From assembly GCA_041178085.1 (NCBI GenBank), contig JBEGVZ010000128.1:1-47081 (forward strand): DNA of 47,081 bases. The letters run 5' to 3'. Origin of the DNA: Pseudomonadota bacterium. GTDB lineage: Bacteria; Bdellovibrionota_B; Oligoflexia; Oligoflexales; RGVZ01. Positions 28,848 to 37,604 of the stretch are shown piece after piece (within the stretch, counting starts at the first letter, position 1; each line of letters opens with the position of its first letter). The notes under the pieces are model-generated. The model was not told the DNA's origin, did not search any database, and saw nothing but the letters and a program-made list of their open reading frames with translations. Position numbers and translations under genes: made by a program.

Positions 28848-29255
28848 ATGGACGTGAACTCAGTACTGCCGAGCTATAGCGAAACCACCAATGATGTCGA
28901 GATCACTGTCACCCCGGCATTTGTTCCGGACCAGTCAAATCCGTCTCTTCAGCAATTCTTGTTTGCTTATCATGTGCAGATCCGTAATGCCGGCCGGGAA
29001 CCAGTCAAGCTCCTCAGTCGCCACTGGGTGATCACGGATGGGCATCAGCGGGTTCAGGAAGTCGAAGGGGACGGGGTGGTGGGAAAACAGCCAGTCCTGG
29101 CGCCAGGCGAGTCGTTTTCCTACACCAGTGCCTGCCCCCTCACCACCCCGACAGGTAACATGCGTGGCACGTACCTGATGACTTCAAGTAGCGGGCAACA
29201 ATTTCGAGTCAAGATCCCTCTGTTTTTTCTCAGACACCTTGAGTCGATGCAGTGA
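28848..29255 (+). CDS. apaG: ApaG protein
   Basis: FAY.V.I.N, LLSRHWVITD, V.G.GVVG.QP, SYTS.CPL.TP.G.M.G.Y. Confidence 0.93.
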   Translation: MDVNSVLPSYSETTNDVEITVTPAFVPDQSNPSLQQFLFAYHVQIRNAGREPVKLLSRHWVITDGHQRVQEVEGDGVVGKQPVLAPGESFSYTSACPLTTPTGNMRGTYLMTSSSGQQFRVKIPLFFLRHLESMQ

Positions 29256-29942
29256 TTCCCCGGATTTTTCTGGTAACCTGGCGTTGTCTTGATCCAGGAA
29301 CCCCACTTTCCCGGACTCGATATCGTAGACAGCACCAACTACTTGGAACTTGCCCTCTTTCTGCAGGGTTTGAAGGGCTTCGCTACTCGACATCAGCCGG
29401 TCGATGCTGTGCTCAACATTGATCTCCGTAGCAGTCTTGACCAGCTTTTCCAACTGATCGGGAGTACTGGTTGTGCTGGTGCTCAATGCTTGTTCGGCCG
29501 CTGGCTGCAATTCATCAATCAGGATTTTAAGGTTTGGCGTGAGCGACTGCTGGTGTTTCAAGGCTCCCTTGACCGCGCCTTGGATCGCACCACATTTCGA
29601 ATGTCCCATGACAACGCAAACGGGTGTTCCAAAGGAAAGTGCGGCGAATTCGATGCTGGCAATCAGTGACGGAGCGACAATATTGCCTGCAACACGCACG
29701 ACAAAAAGGTCTCCAAGTCCGGCGTCAAAGACATGCTCGGCAGGAACGCGGGAATCAGAACACGTCAGAACGATGGCGAATGGTGTCTGACCGTTGCGAG
29801 CGAGTTGTTCGCGTTTCATGCTGCTGGCGATCGAGTCTACAGAGCGTACCCCGGAAACAAATCGCTGGTTGCCTTCCGTCAATCGCTTCAAGGCTTCGGA
29901 CGGTGTCGGTTGAAGTGTTTTCACGAGAATCTCCTCGGTCAC
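29184..29942 (-). CDS. Beta-class carbonic anhydrase
   Basis: L.EGNQRF, Q.PFAIVLTCSDSRVP, GDLFVVRVAGN, GHSKCGAI, GAVYDIESG. Confidence 0.93.
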   Translation of the reverse strand: MTEEILVKTLQPTPSEALKRLTEGNQRFVSGVRSVDSIASSMKREQLARNGQTPFAIVLTCSDSRVPAEHVFDAGLGDLFVVRVAGNIVAPSLIASIEFAALSFGTPVCVVMGHSKCGAIQGAVKGALKHQQSLTPNLKILIDELQPAAEQALSTSTTSTPDQLEKLVKTATEINVEHSIDRLMSSSEALQTLQKEGKFQVVGAVYDIESGKVGFLDQDNARLPEKSGESLHRLKVSEKKQRDLDSKLLPAT

Positions 29943-30064
29943 TGGTTGTGAGCGCAGGCACTAACCTGCATCGGGATAATCGCAAACTATGTACATCTTA
30001 ATAAATAGATAATAGAGTGTATAAATATCAGTTTAAGCAATGAATGTTCGGTTGGGGACCTTTG

Positions 30065-30952
30065 ATGAAAACTTGGCTCAATTACCATCATTTGTACTAT
30101 TTCCGCACCATTGCTTCGGAAGGTGGTGTGGTCAAGGCGGCCAAAAAGCTACGCTTGGGACAGCCAACGCTCAGTACGCAGCTCAAGATCTTTGAGGATC
30201 AACTGGGTCAAAAGCTCTTTGAACGCAAGGGACGAGCGTTGGAGTTGACCGAGGCCGGAAGGATGGTCCTTGATTATGCCAACGAGATTTTCAAGCTGGG
30301 CGATGAGATGGTGGAAGCCATCAACGACAAATTGCATTCTGGTCGGGTTGAATTGACGATTGGGGCCTTGGACAGTGTGCCGAAACATGTGCTGATGCAA
30401 CTGGTTGCCACGACGCAGAAAAGCGCGAGTTGCAGAGTGGCCGTATTGGAGGGGCCGTTTCAGGAACTGTTACGTGAATTGAAGGCACACCGGATCGATT
30501 TGATTTTGGCCAATCACGGCCCCAATCCTGGAGAGGCAGCAGATGTGCGGTCCCGGCGTGTTGCCCGGATGCCGGTGGTGATCTGCGGGGACCGGAAATT
30601 TGCAGGCCTAAAAAAAGGGTTTCCGGAGTCGCTGTCTGGGCAACCGATGATCCTACCCACCCCTCACAGCAGGCTGCGGTTGGATATCGATCACTGGCTT
30701 AAATTGAAAAAGATCAATGTCGATGTTTTCGTGGAGACCCAAGACACCAGCTTGCAGAAGCTGTTGGTGACACATCAGATGGGGTTGGCTCCTTTGCCCT
30801 TGCCTGCGGCCGACGAGCTTGTTTCCAATAAAGAACTGGTTGTCATCGGGCAGATGGATGACGTCCACGAAGACCTTTGGCTGATGGCGGGTGAGAGGCG
30901 CTTCCAAAACCCTGTTGCGACTCAGATTTTCCGCGTTTTTTCTGTGGATTGA
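30065..30952 (+). CDS. nhaR: LysR-family transcriptional regulator, NhaR-like
   Basis: WLNYHHLYYF N-terminus, QPTLSTQLK, LFER.GR.L.LTE.G, DSVPK. Confidence 0.8.
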   Translation: MKTWLNYHHLYYFRTIASEGGVVKAAKKLRLGQPTLSTQLKIFEDQLGQKLFERKGRALELTEAGRMVLDYANEIFKLGDEMVEAINDKLHSGRVELTIGALDSVPKHVLMQLVATTQKSASCRVAVLEGPFQELLRELKAHRIDLILANHGPNPGEAADVRSRRVARMPVVICGDRKFAGLKKGFPESLSGQPMILPTPHSRLRLDIDHWLKLKKINVDVFVETQDTSLQKLLVTHQMGLAPLPLPAADELVSNKELVVIGQMDDVHEDLWLMAGERRFQNPVATQIFRVFSVD

Positions 30953-31067
30953 CAAGACGCGCAGATTCTTAAAAAAGATGTATAGAACCTAAAATATCAA
31001 TTTATAAAATCGATTATTTTTCCGTCATACTCCTTGTCGGGTCGCAGTGACCTGCTATGGGGGGGTA

Positions 31068-32090
31068 ATGGGAAACGTTCCGAACTTGCTCGTCATGTCG
31101 AGCTACTGGTGGCTCTACGCCGTAGTTCTCGGCCTGATTGGCCTCATGCTGGTTCTCGACCTTGGTGTTTTTCACCGCCGCCCCCACGAAGTCAAGTTCA
31201 AGGAGGCAGCAATCTGGAGCGCTGTGTGGGTTGCTTTGGCTCTTTTGTTCAACGGTGGTCTTTACTTGTGGGCGAAATACCAGTTTGCCGGACAACCAGG
31301 GGTTGCAGAACGGCTGGCTGGTGAGTTCCTGGCCGGTTACCTGGTCGAGAAGTCTCTCGCAGTCGACAATATTTTCGTCATCGCAGTGATCTTTGGATAC
31401 TTTGCCGTCCCGCCGGCCTTGATGCACAGGGTTCTATTCTACGGAATTCTCGGGGCGATCGTGTTCAGGGCATTGTTCATCGCCCTGGGGTCCTGGCTGA
31501 TGCAGTACCACTGGGTCATGTACGTGTTCGGCGCCTTCCTGATCTTGACTGGTATAAAGCTATTCTTCCAGCCTGAAGCAGCCAAGTCGCCGGGCGAAAA
31601 TCCTCTTGTCAAATGGTTGACCAGGCATCTGCCGCTGACCAAAGACTTCCATGGTAAAGACTTCGTCGTCCGCGCCGACGATGGCATGGGGGAGAAAAAA
31701 TGGTTCTTTACCCCGTTATTCCTTGCCTTGCTGGTGGTGGAGTTCACCGACATTGTGTTCGCCGTTGACTCTGTTCCAGCTATTTTTGCGATTTCCAATG
31801 AGCCGTTCATAGTTTTCTCGTCCAACATGTTTGCGATTCTGGGTCTACGCTCGATGTACTTCTTACTTGCTGGTCTGATCCCAATGTTCAGATATCTGAA
31901 GTATGGCCTTGGCGTGATCCTTATCTTCGTTGGTTTGAAGATGTCTTTGCTCAACCAGCTGGCGGGTGGGAAGTTTCCGATCAGCTGGTCGCTGGGAATC
32001 ATCGCACTCACCTTGATTGTGTCAATCACCCTGTCGATCCTGCACAAGGACCGGCCTGCGCGTGATGGTAATGGAGTCCAGGCAGCATGA
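31068..32090 (+). CDS. TerC/Alx-family membrane protein
   Basis: LDLGVFHR, GYLVEKSLAVDNIFV, HRVLFYGILGA, EFTDIVFAVDSVPAI, SNMFAILGLRSMYF. Confidence 0.92.
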   Translation: MGNVPNLLVMSSYWWLYAVVLGLIGLMLVLDLGVFHRRPHEVKFKEAAIWSAVWVALALLFNGGLYLWAKYQFAGQPGVAERLAGEFLAGYLVEKSLAVDNIFVIAVIFGYFAVPPALMHRVLFYGILGAIVFRALFIALGSWLMQYHWVMYVFGAFLILTGIKLFFQPEAAKSPGENPLVKWLTRHLPLTKDFHGKDFVVRADDGMGEKKWFFTPLFLALLVVEFTDIVFAVDSVPAIFAISNEPFIVFSSNMFAILGLRSMYFLLAGLIPMFRYLKYGLGVILIFVGLKMSLLNQLAGGKFPISWSLGIIALTLIVSITLSILHKDRPARDGNGVQAA

Positions 32091-33562
32091 AAAAAATTTT
32101 TGATGGTTTTTCTGGTGCCGCAATTCCGCGGAACCTGATGAGTGGGTTTGTCGTTTTTCTCGTTGCCTTGCCGCTCTGTGTCGGCATCGCAGCTGCCTGT
32201 GGCTTGACGCCTGACAAAGGACTTATCGCTGGAGCGATTGGCGGTATCGTGGTTGGCCTGGTCGGTGGTGCCCCCTTGCAGGTCAGCGGTCCCGCGAATG
32301 GGTTGATTCCAGTCATCGGAGAACTGGTGTCGGATCATGGGGTGGCGATTCTTGGAGCTGCAGTGATGATTGCAGGACTTCTGCAAGCGCTTGCTGGTAG
32401 CCTTCGCGCCGGTGTTTTTTTCAGGGCCGTTTGCCCAAGCGTCATCCACGGGCTGTTGGCGGGTTTTGCCCTCGTTATTTTCAGCGGGCAATTGCAGGTT
32501 GCATTTGATGGCACACCCGGTTCGACTTTTGTCAGCAACATTTCTGCTTTGCCACGCCATCTGGTGTCTCTGGCCACATCTGCTGTGGTCCAGCATGCAT
32601 TGCTCGTGGCGGTTGTGACTTTTGCAACCGTGGTTCTGTGGTCGCGCATAACCTCATCTATTGGATCCACCTGGGTCAAAAAGCTGCCCGCTTATCTGGT
32701 GGCCATCACGGTGGGCACGGCCATGCATTTCATGCTGGGCCTGACATCCCGGACCATTCAGTTGCCGGAGTCCATGGTAGAGGACTTGATTGAAGGTACC
32801 GGTAGCATCGGAGTCTTGCTAAGGATGGATGCGTCCGAATTGGCAGTGATTCTGGAATATGCGGTGATCATTGCGTTGCTGGCCAGCATTGAAACCATGG
32901 TGTCGACCGTGTCGCTGGACAAGATCGCAGAGGGCAGGGGTTCACGGTATAACCGCGAACTTTTCGCGCAGGGCATCGGTAACTTTATATGCGGTCTGTT
33001 CGCTGCACCTCCAATCACAGGCGTCATCATCCGTAGCAGCGCGAATCTGCAGGCCGGCGCCACGAACCGTCTTTCGGCGATCTTTCATGGCATTTTGTTG
33101 TTGGCGGCGATGTTCGCGTTGGCGTCCATGTTGGAGTTTATTCCCGCAGCCGCGCTTGCAGCTGTCCTGATCCATGCCGCATCACGCCTGGTCAATGTTG
33201 CGGCGGTAAAAAAGCTGGCTCAGGAAGAACGCAGGCATCTGGTTACTTTTGCGGCTACTTGCGTTGCGGTGGTGGCCTTTGGTGTCCTGTACGGAGTGGT
33301 TACTGGACTTGCAATCAGCGCCTGGTCGCTATTCCGTAAGTTTGTCCGGCTTGACATTGAACGGCAGGACGACCGGATTGAGCTCCGTGGGACCGCCACT
33401 TTCGTGGATTTGCCAAAGTTGCTCAGGATCCTTGATCGTTTGCCCGATGACGGAGCAGTTTTCGTCTGCACCGAGGGACTGCGTTATGCCGATCCATCGG
33501 TCCGCGACGCCCTGGATGCATGGCAGAAACGCGTTGCGCGCGGGGCAGGTATTGGCGGCTAA
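32087..33562 (+). CDS. SulP/SLC26 inorganic anion (bicarbonate/sulfate) transporter
   Basis: VVFLVALPLCVGIA, QVSGPA, ELFAQGIGN, PITGVIIRSSAN, reduced STAS-like tail. Confidence 0.9.
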   Translation: MKKIFDGFSGAAIPRNLMSGFVVFLVALPLCVGIAAACGLTPDKGLIAGAIGGIVVGLVGGAPLQVSGPANGLIPVIGELVSDHGVAILGAAVMIAGLLQALAGSLRAGVFFRAVCPSVIHGLLAGFALVIFSGQLQVAFDGTPGSTFVSNISALPRHLVSLATSAVVQHALLVAVVTFATVVLWSRITSSIGSTWVKKLPAYLVAITVGTAMHFMLGLTSRTIQLPESMVEDLIEGTGSIGVLLRMDASELAVILEYAVIIALLASIETMVSTVSLDKIAEGRGSRYNRELFAQGIGNFICGLFAAPPITGVIIRSSANLQAGATNRLSAIFHGILLLAAMFALASMLEFIPAAALAAVLIHAASRLVNVAAVKKLAQEERRHLVTFAATCVAVVAFGVLYGVVTGLAISAWSLFRKFVRLDIERQDDRIELRGTATFVDLPKLLRILDRLPDDGAVFVCTEGLRYADPSVRDALDAWQKRVARGAGIGG

Positions 33563-33578
33563 CGCCGGTTGTGGCTGG

Positions 33579-34340
33579 TCAATATTCCTTTTGGATCTTG
33601 GCTAGCGAAAATTTTCGCGGGCCCTGGCGCCTCTGACAGAAGCCGTGTACCACGTGACCTGTGATGACCTTGGGGTTGATCACACGCTCCTCAGCGGGGT
33701 GGCCTTCTTTCTGATAAACAATCCCCACTTCTCCCCGCTCAGAAAGTGCTTTCTGAAGCTTTGGGAATTTCTCGCTGTAATCGTCGGGCAGCCGGAAGAA
33801 GCTGCGCAGCCCTTGCCGCATGCCATTTGACTTTGCCTGGTGTGTGAGGCGGATTAATTTGTCCTCCAGGTCGGCCTGGGCTTCTTCCAGCAGGATGTCA
33901 TCACCCGTTGCGCTTTCAATCTGCTCCATGTCGCCGTCCAGGGACTGCGCAAGGCTCAAGAGGGTCTGGCTGTTGTTGCCAAGGTGGTTCACCCAGGTCA
34001 GGATCTTGATATCCGCAACCGGTCCCGACGGCAGTTGATCCAGGCTGATTCCCGCATCCCGCATTTCACGTGCCAGCAAAGGGAATCCAAGCTGGACGGC
34101 GTTCTGTCCACAAAGCGGCATGTTGCCGATGAATTTCAAGAGGTCACCAAAGACCTGGTCGGTTGGTTCAGTGTCATCGCCAGTAAACTGATGGTGGAAC
34201 ACATCCTTTTTACCATCGCTGGTATACTTGAGGGCGGCAACCTCGGTGATCTGGTCGTCCCCTGCTTCGGGACCTGAGGTTGCAATGTCGAGCAGGATGA
34301 TCCCTGCAACGTTGGTCTTTGCAGTGGCATTTTGTGCCAT
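33579..34340 (-). CDS. Degenerate DnaQ-like (DEDDh) exonuclease domain fused to a C-terminal WYL-like domain
   Basis: LDIATSG...DQITEVAA, F..LLKFIGN.PLCGQNA; C-terminal I.Y....ERVINP.....V.GFC..RQ..RKF.L.KI. Confidence 0.7.
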   Translation of the reverse strand: MAQNATAKTNVAGIILLDIATSGPEAGDDQITEVAALKYTSDGKKDVFHHQFTGDDTEPTDQVFGDLLKFIGNMPLCGQNAVQLGFPLLAREMRDAGISLDQLPSGPVADIKILTWVNHLGNNSQTLLSLAQSLDGDMEQIESATGDDILLEEAQADLEDKLIRLTHQAKSNGMRQGLRSFFRLPDDYSEKFPKLQKALSERGEVGIVYQKEGHPAEERVINPKVITGHVVHGFCQRRQGPRKFSLAKIQKEY

Positions 34341-34409
34341 GGGGAAAGGCCTCCGGGTGGTGAAGGTTATAGGATTGTACTGGCGTTACCTTTTGTAAAG
34401 GATTTCTGC

Positions 34410-35813
34410 ATGGTCGGCCCGTCAGAGACCTTCCGTCAACAACTGGCAGGCGAGGCAGCGGCTCGCGGTCTGGCCGTTTGGCAGGCCAATGACAGTCGCT
34501 GGCGGCCGATTCCTCTTGCAACCGAGCCTGTCTTTGTCCCCGCAGATGAATGGCAGGGCCTGGTCGCGGATTGCCGGACGGTGCTTTCGGCCTTTCCCCT
34601 GGTGCTACGATGGTTGCAACAGCCGGCACGGGAAAGGCTGCGCGCGCTCGTGTTTCGTGGGCTTGAAGGCATCGAGGCAGAGCTGGCTGCAAGGGATCCT
34701 GAGGCTTCGCTCGATCACGCGACGATTCGCTTCGACCTGTTCTGGCACGCGGGCTCCTGGCGTGTCATCGAAGCCAACTGCACCATACCGGCCATGCAGG
34801 CCTATAGCGACATGGCACGCGATGCCTGGCTAGCCACTACGCAACGGCAGCTTCCTGATGAAGGGAATACCACGCAACTGCTGGCCAGTTTGATTGGCTT
34901 GCACCGGCGCGACCACCGCGAGGCGGCAGGCCAAGGGGCTGATTTGGATCGCCGCTTGAGGATCGCAATCCTTCATCGCCCGGATGACTCCCAAATGGCC
35001 GAGCTCTCGCATTTCAAGCTGGTATGGTCACGCAACCACCAGGTGAACCTTTGCACACCGGATCAACTTGCGTGGAGGGAAGCCTCAGGTGGTATCCCGG
35101 CTCCGGGCCGGTTTGAGCTGCTGACCAATCCCGTGGATCTTGTTTACCGGCATATCTTTGCCTGGCGTCTGGCACCGCGGTTGGATTTGCTGGCTGCATT
35201 GCGCCAGCATCGTCATGCAGGAATCTATAATCCGGTCAGCGCCCATTACGAGGCAAAAGCGTTTTTTGCCCTCGTCTCGACCATCGCTGACGATGATTCT
35301 CTCTCTCGCGAGGTGGGTTTGCCTGCTTCGCTCCGAGATGCCATCAAGCGCCGGGTGCCCTGGACCCGTGTGATCGGAGACCATGCCCAGGGCGTTCCTG
35401 TAGCTGACATCAGATCTTCCGACCTTGAACACCTGGTATTCAAGTGTTCGTACAGTTACGGCGGTGGACAGGTATTTGTAGGCAGTGAATGGAACACGGC
35501 CCCCGTGCAGGAGCGCTTGCGCGCCGCAACTGGTGTGAGCGGGGCAGTTTCACTCGATCTTTTTTTGCAACATGTTCGTTCCCAGATTCGCCAGGCTTGG
35601 ATCGTCCAGAAACGCATGGACGGAATGAGACACAAGACGACCCTTGCCCACCCTGACTTGGACGCAAGGGTGATTAACGGGTTTGCTGACCTTTCGGTTT
35701 TTGTTGATTGCAACCAGCCGCCTCAATGCGCTGGTGGCGTCTCCCGTTTTGCCTCTGGGCCGGTCGTCAACATCGGCACCGGTGGCGGACTGGCGCCTTT
35801 GCAGATCGTTTGA
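34410..35813 (+). CDS. Circularly permuted ATP-grasp / glutathionylspermidine-synthase-like ligase
   Basis: RFDLF..VIEANC, DLVYR, VPWTR, LVFK...YGG..VFVG, WIVQ, SRF....VVNI..GGG. Confidence 0.7.
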   Translation: MVGPSETFRQQLAGEAAARGLAVWQANDSRWRPIPLATEPVFVPADEWQGLVADCRTVLSAFPLVLRWLQQPARERLRALVFRGLEGIEAELAARDPEASLDHATIRFDLFWHAGSWRVIEANCTIPAMQAYSDMARDAWLATTQRQLPDEGNTTQLLASLIGLHRRDHREAAGQGADLDRRLRIAILHRPDDSQMAELSHFKLVWSRNHQVNLCTPDQLAWREASGGIPAPGRFELLTNPVDLVYRHIFAWRLAPRLDLLAALRQHRHAGIYNPVSAHYEAKAFFALVSTIADDDSLSREVGLPASLRDAIKRRVPWTRVIGDHAQGVPVADIRSSDLEHLVFKCSYSYGGGQVFVGSEWNTAPVQERLRAATGVSGAVSLDLFLQHVRSQIRQAWIVQKRMDGMRHKTTLAHPDLDARVINGFADLSVFVDCNQPPQCAGGVSRFASGPVVNIGTGGGLAPLQIV

Positions 35814-35828
35814 ACGTTCTGTTTGCGA

Positions 35829-37211
35829 TCAAACCAGACCGCGTCCCTGCAGGATCCGCAGGAAAGACCGGGTCTGGATTTCCTCCAGCGTCAAACCAGT
35901 GGCCGTTGCTTCTGCCTGGGTGATTGCACCGCAGTTAAGGCCCCGAAGGAAGAAGTTAAGCAAGCCTTGAGCTGTCGCGGCATCGTCAAAGACCGATCCG
36001 TGTAGGGTTGCTTGCGCGGCTTTGTTGATAAAACCCTGCAGGCGTTGCGAAACCTGGTCCAGGCTCTCCATGAAAAAAGCGTGCATGGCAGCATAACGGA
36101 CCGGGATTTGCGCTGGATGCAAATCCCAACCCTGATAGTAGCCGCAAGATAGCGCATGGCGGATGTTCCGGTAAGACAGCATCCACGCGGCATGCACAGC
36201 GCGCGCATTCTGTGTTTGCTGCTCCCTGGTAAGGGCAGAAGCTGTCTTTTCCCGATGAACTGGAACGGGCATCACGTTGGTGGCGCCGTCCGAAATATGG
36301 ACCGGAGTACCGGCAAGGCTCACTTGCAGCACATGACGAGCGAAGTCGCAGGCCGGGCTGTCAAGAGCCTGCGCCGAAGCGACCAGTTCACAGCTTGAAG
36401 TGTAATCGTAGGCCCCAAGGTGGGCTCCTGTGCAGCGTCCATCGGCGGCATCCAGGATGGACCGGATCGCTGAGCGACCCGTGTGGTCAATGATGACCTG
36501 CGGGCATTCAACCATGATCTCGAACCTGAGTGACCTTGGCTTCAACTTGCGTTTTTTCTCTACGGCCGCAAGCAATTCCGCCATTGTGCGGGAGTGTTCC
36601 GGCACCGTGATTTTGGGTAAGGTGATGACGAAGTTATCTGGCAGGCGATTACCCGATGCATCGAGCAACTCCGTCAGAAAGAGGCCAAGCGTCCGGATGC
36701 TGCGGGTCCGGTTTTCCAGGTTGAACGGTTTGATGCGAAAGCCAACGAAGGGCGGCAGGGTGCCGGTGCGCATGCCGGTCGCAAGTTCACGCGCCGCAGA
36801 CACAGCGTGTCCGTCCTCCTCTGAATCGGGACGGTTTCCGTAACCATCCTCGAAATCGATGCGAAAGTCCTCAACGGCTTCGGCTTTGAGCTTCGCAATG
36901 ACGCGGCCGTGCACTTTTTCTGCGAGGACGTGATCCATTTCAAAGATGTCCGCAAAAACCCTGGCGTCGGGCGCCCAGCTGGTCATGGCGTTGATGGCAT
37001 GATCACGGATTTTTGCGGCAGTTCCGGCCGTAAAGAGGTGCGCACCACCATAGACCGTGTGCACCGGCTGTCGCCTCTCGCTCATGCCAGTGTATCGTCC
37101 GGCGAATGCGCGATTTGCGCGGTCGAGGCGGTTGATGATCGATGGCGCTCCCGTACCGAAAATCGCCGGCAAGGCTGTCTTGTTGCGGCCGCTTGGTTTT
37201 GATGCTGCCAT
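35829..37211 (-). CDS. HpcH/HpaI-citrate lyase beta (CitE)/malate-synthase-fold enzyme (DUF6986-like)
   Basis: RQPVHTVYGGAHLF, DFRIDFEDGYG, TLPKI, FEIMVE.PQ, H.GAYDYT, SDGATN, QGWDLHPAQ; last gene of the puuD-uraH run. Confidence 0.75.
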   Translation of the reverse strand: MAASKPSGRNKTALPAIFGTGAPSIINRLDRANRAFAGRYTGMSERRQPVHTVYGGAHLFTAGTAAKIRDHAINAMTSWAPDARVFADIFEMDHVLAEKVHGRVIAKLKAEAVEDFRIDFEDGYGNRPDSEEDGHAVSAARELATGMRTGTLPPFVGFRIKPFNLENRTRSIRTLGLFLTELLDASGNRLPDNFVITLPKITVPEHSRTMAELLAAVEKKRKLKPRSLRFEIMVECPQVIIDHTGRSAIRSILDAADGRCTGAHLGAYDYTSSCELVASAQALDSPACDFARHVLQVSLAGTPVHISDGATNVMPVPVHREKTASALTREQQTQNARAVHAAWMLSYRNIRHALSCGYYQGWDLHPAQIPVRYAAMHAFFMESLDQVSQRLQGFINKAAQATLHGSVFDDAATAQGLLNFFLRGLNCGAITQAEATATGLTLEEIQTRSFLRILQGRGLV

Positions 37212-37224
37212 GGTCAGGTCCCGC

Positions 37225-37581
37225 TCAGCTGCCGCGGTAAGTTGAGTACCCAAACGGACTCAGCAAAAGCGGGACGTGATGGTGGCGACCGGCGTCAGTG
37301 ATATTGAAGGTGATTTCCACTACAGGGAAGAAAGAGGTTTCTCCCTGGGTTTTGAAATATTCGCCGGTGGAGAATGTCAGGCGGTAAGTGCCCGTGGATA
37401 CAGGCTGTCCGGGAGGTAGAAGAGCTTCGCAGCGACCGTCGTGATTGGTGCGGCTTTCGTTCATGCGTTCGAATTTGCCATGGCGGTGGTGCTCAAGGAG
37501 CACCGGCACACCAGCCGCAGGCAGACCGGTTTTCAAATCCAGTACGTGAGTGGTGACAGGGCTTCGTGGTTGCGTGTTCAT
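37225..37581 (-). CDS. uraH: 5-hydroxyisourate hydrolase (transthyretin-like)
   Basis: TTHVLD..G.PA, TN.DGR, FFP, HHHVPLLLSPFGYSTYRGS. Confidence 0.96.
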   Translation of the reverse strand: MNTQPRSPVTTHVLDLKTGLPAAGVPVLLEHHRHGKFERMNESRTNHDGRCEALLPPGQPVSTGTYRLTFSTGEYFKTQGETSFFPVVEITFNITDAGRHHHVPLLLSPFGYSTYRGS

Positions 37582-37604
37582 TGGGTCTAGGGCTCCAAGC
37601 CAGG

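Noticed and set aside
30953..31067. yybP-ykoY (Mn2+) riboswitch upstream of the TerC/Alx gene
   Set aside because: The region is short and AT-rich and I could not find the two-hairpin riboswitch consensus.
31439..32596. 385-aa antisense ORF over terC/sulP
   Set aside because: Shadow frame of hydrophobic GC-rich genes with no recognisable motifs. The same applies to 37566..38381, 10129..10857 and similar ORFs.
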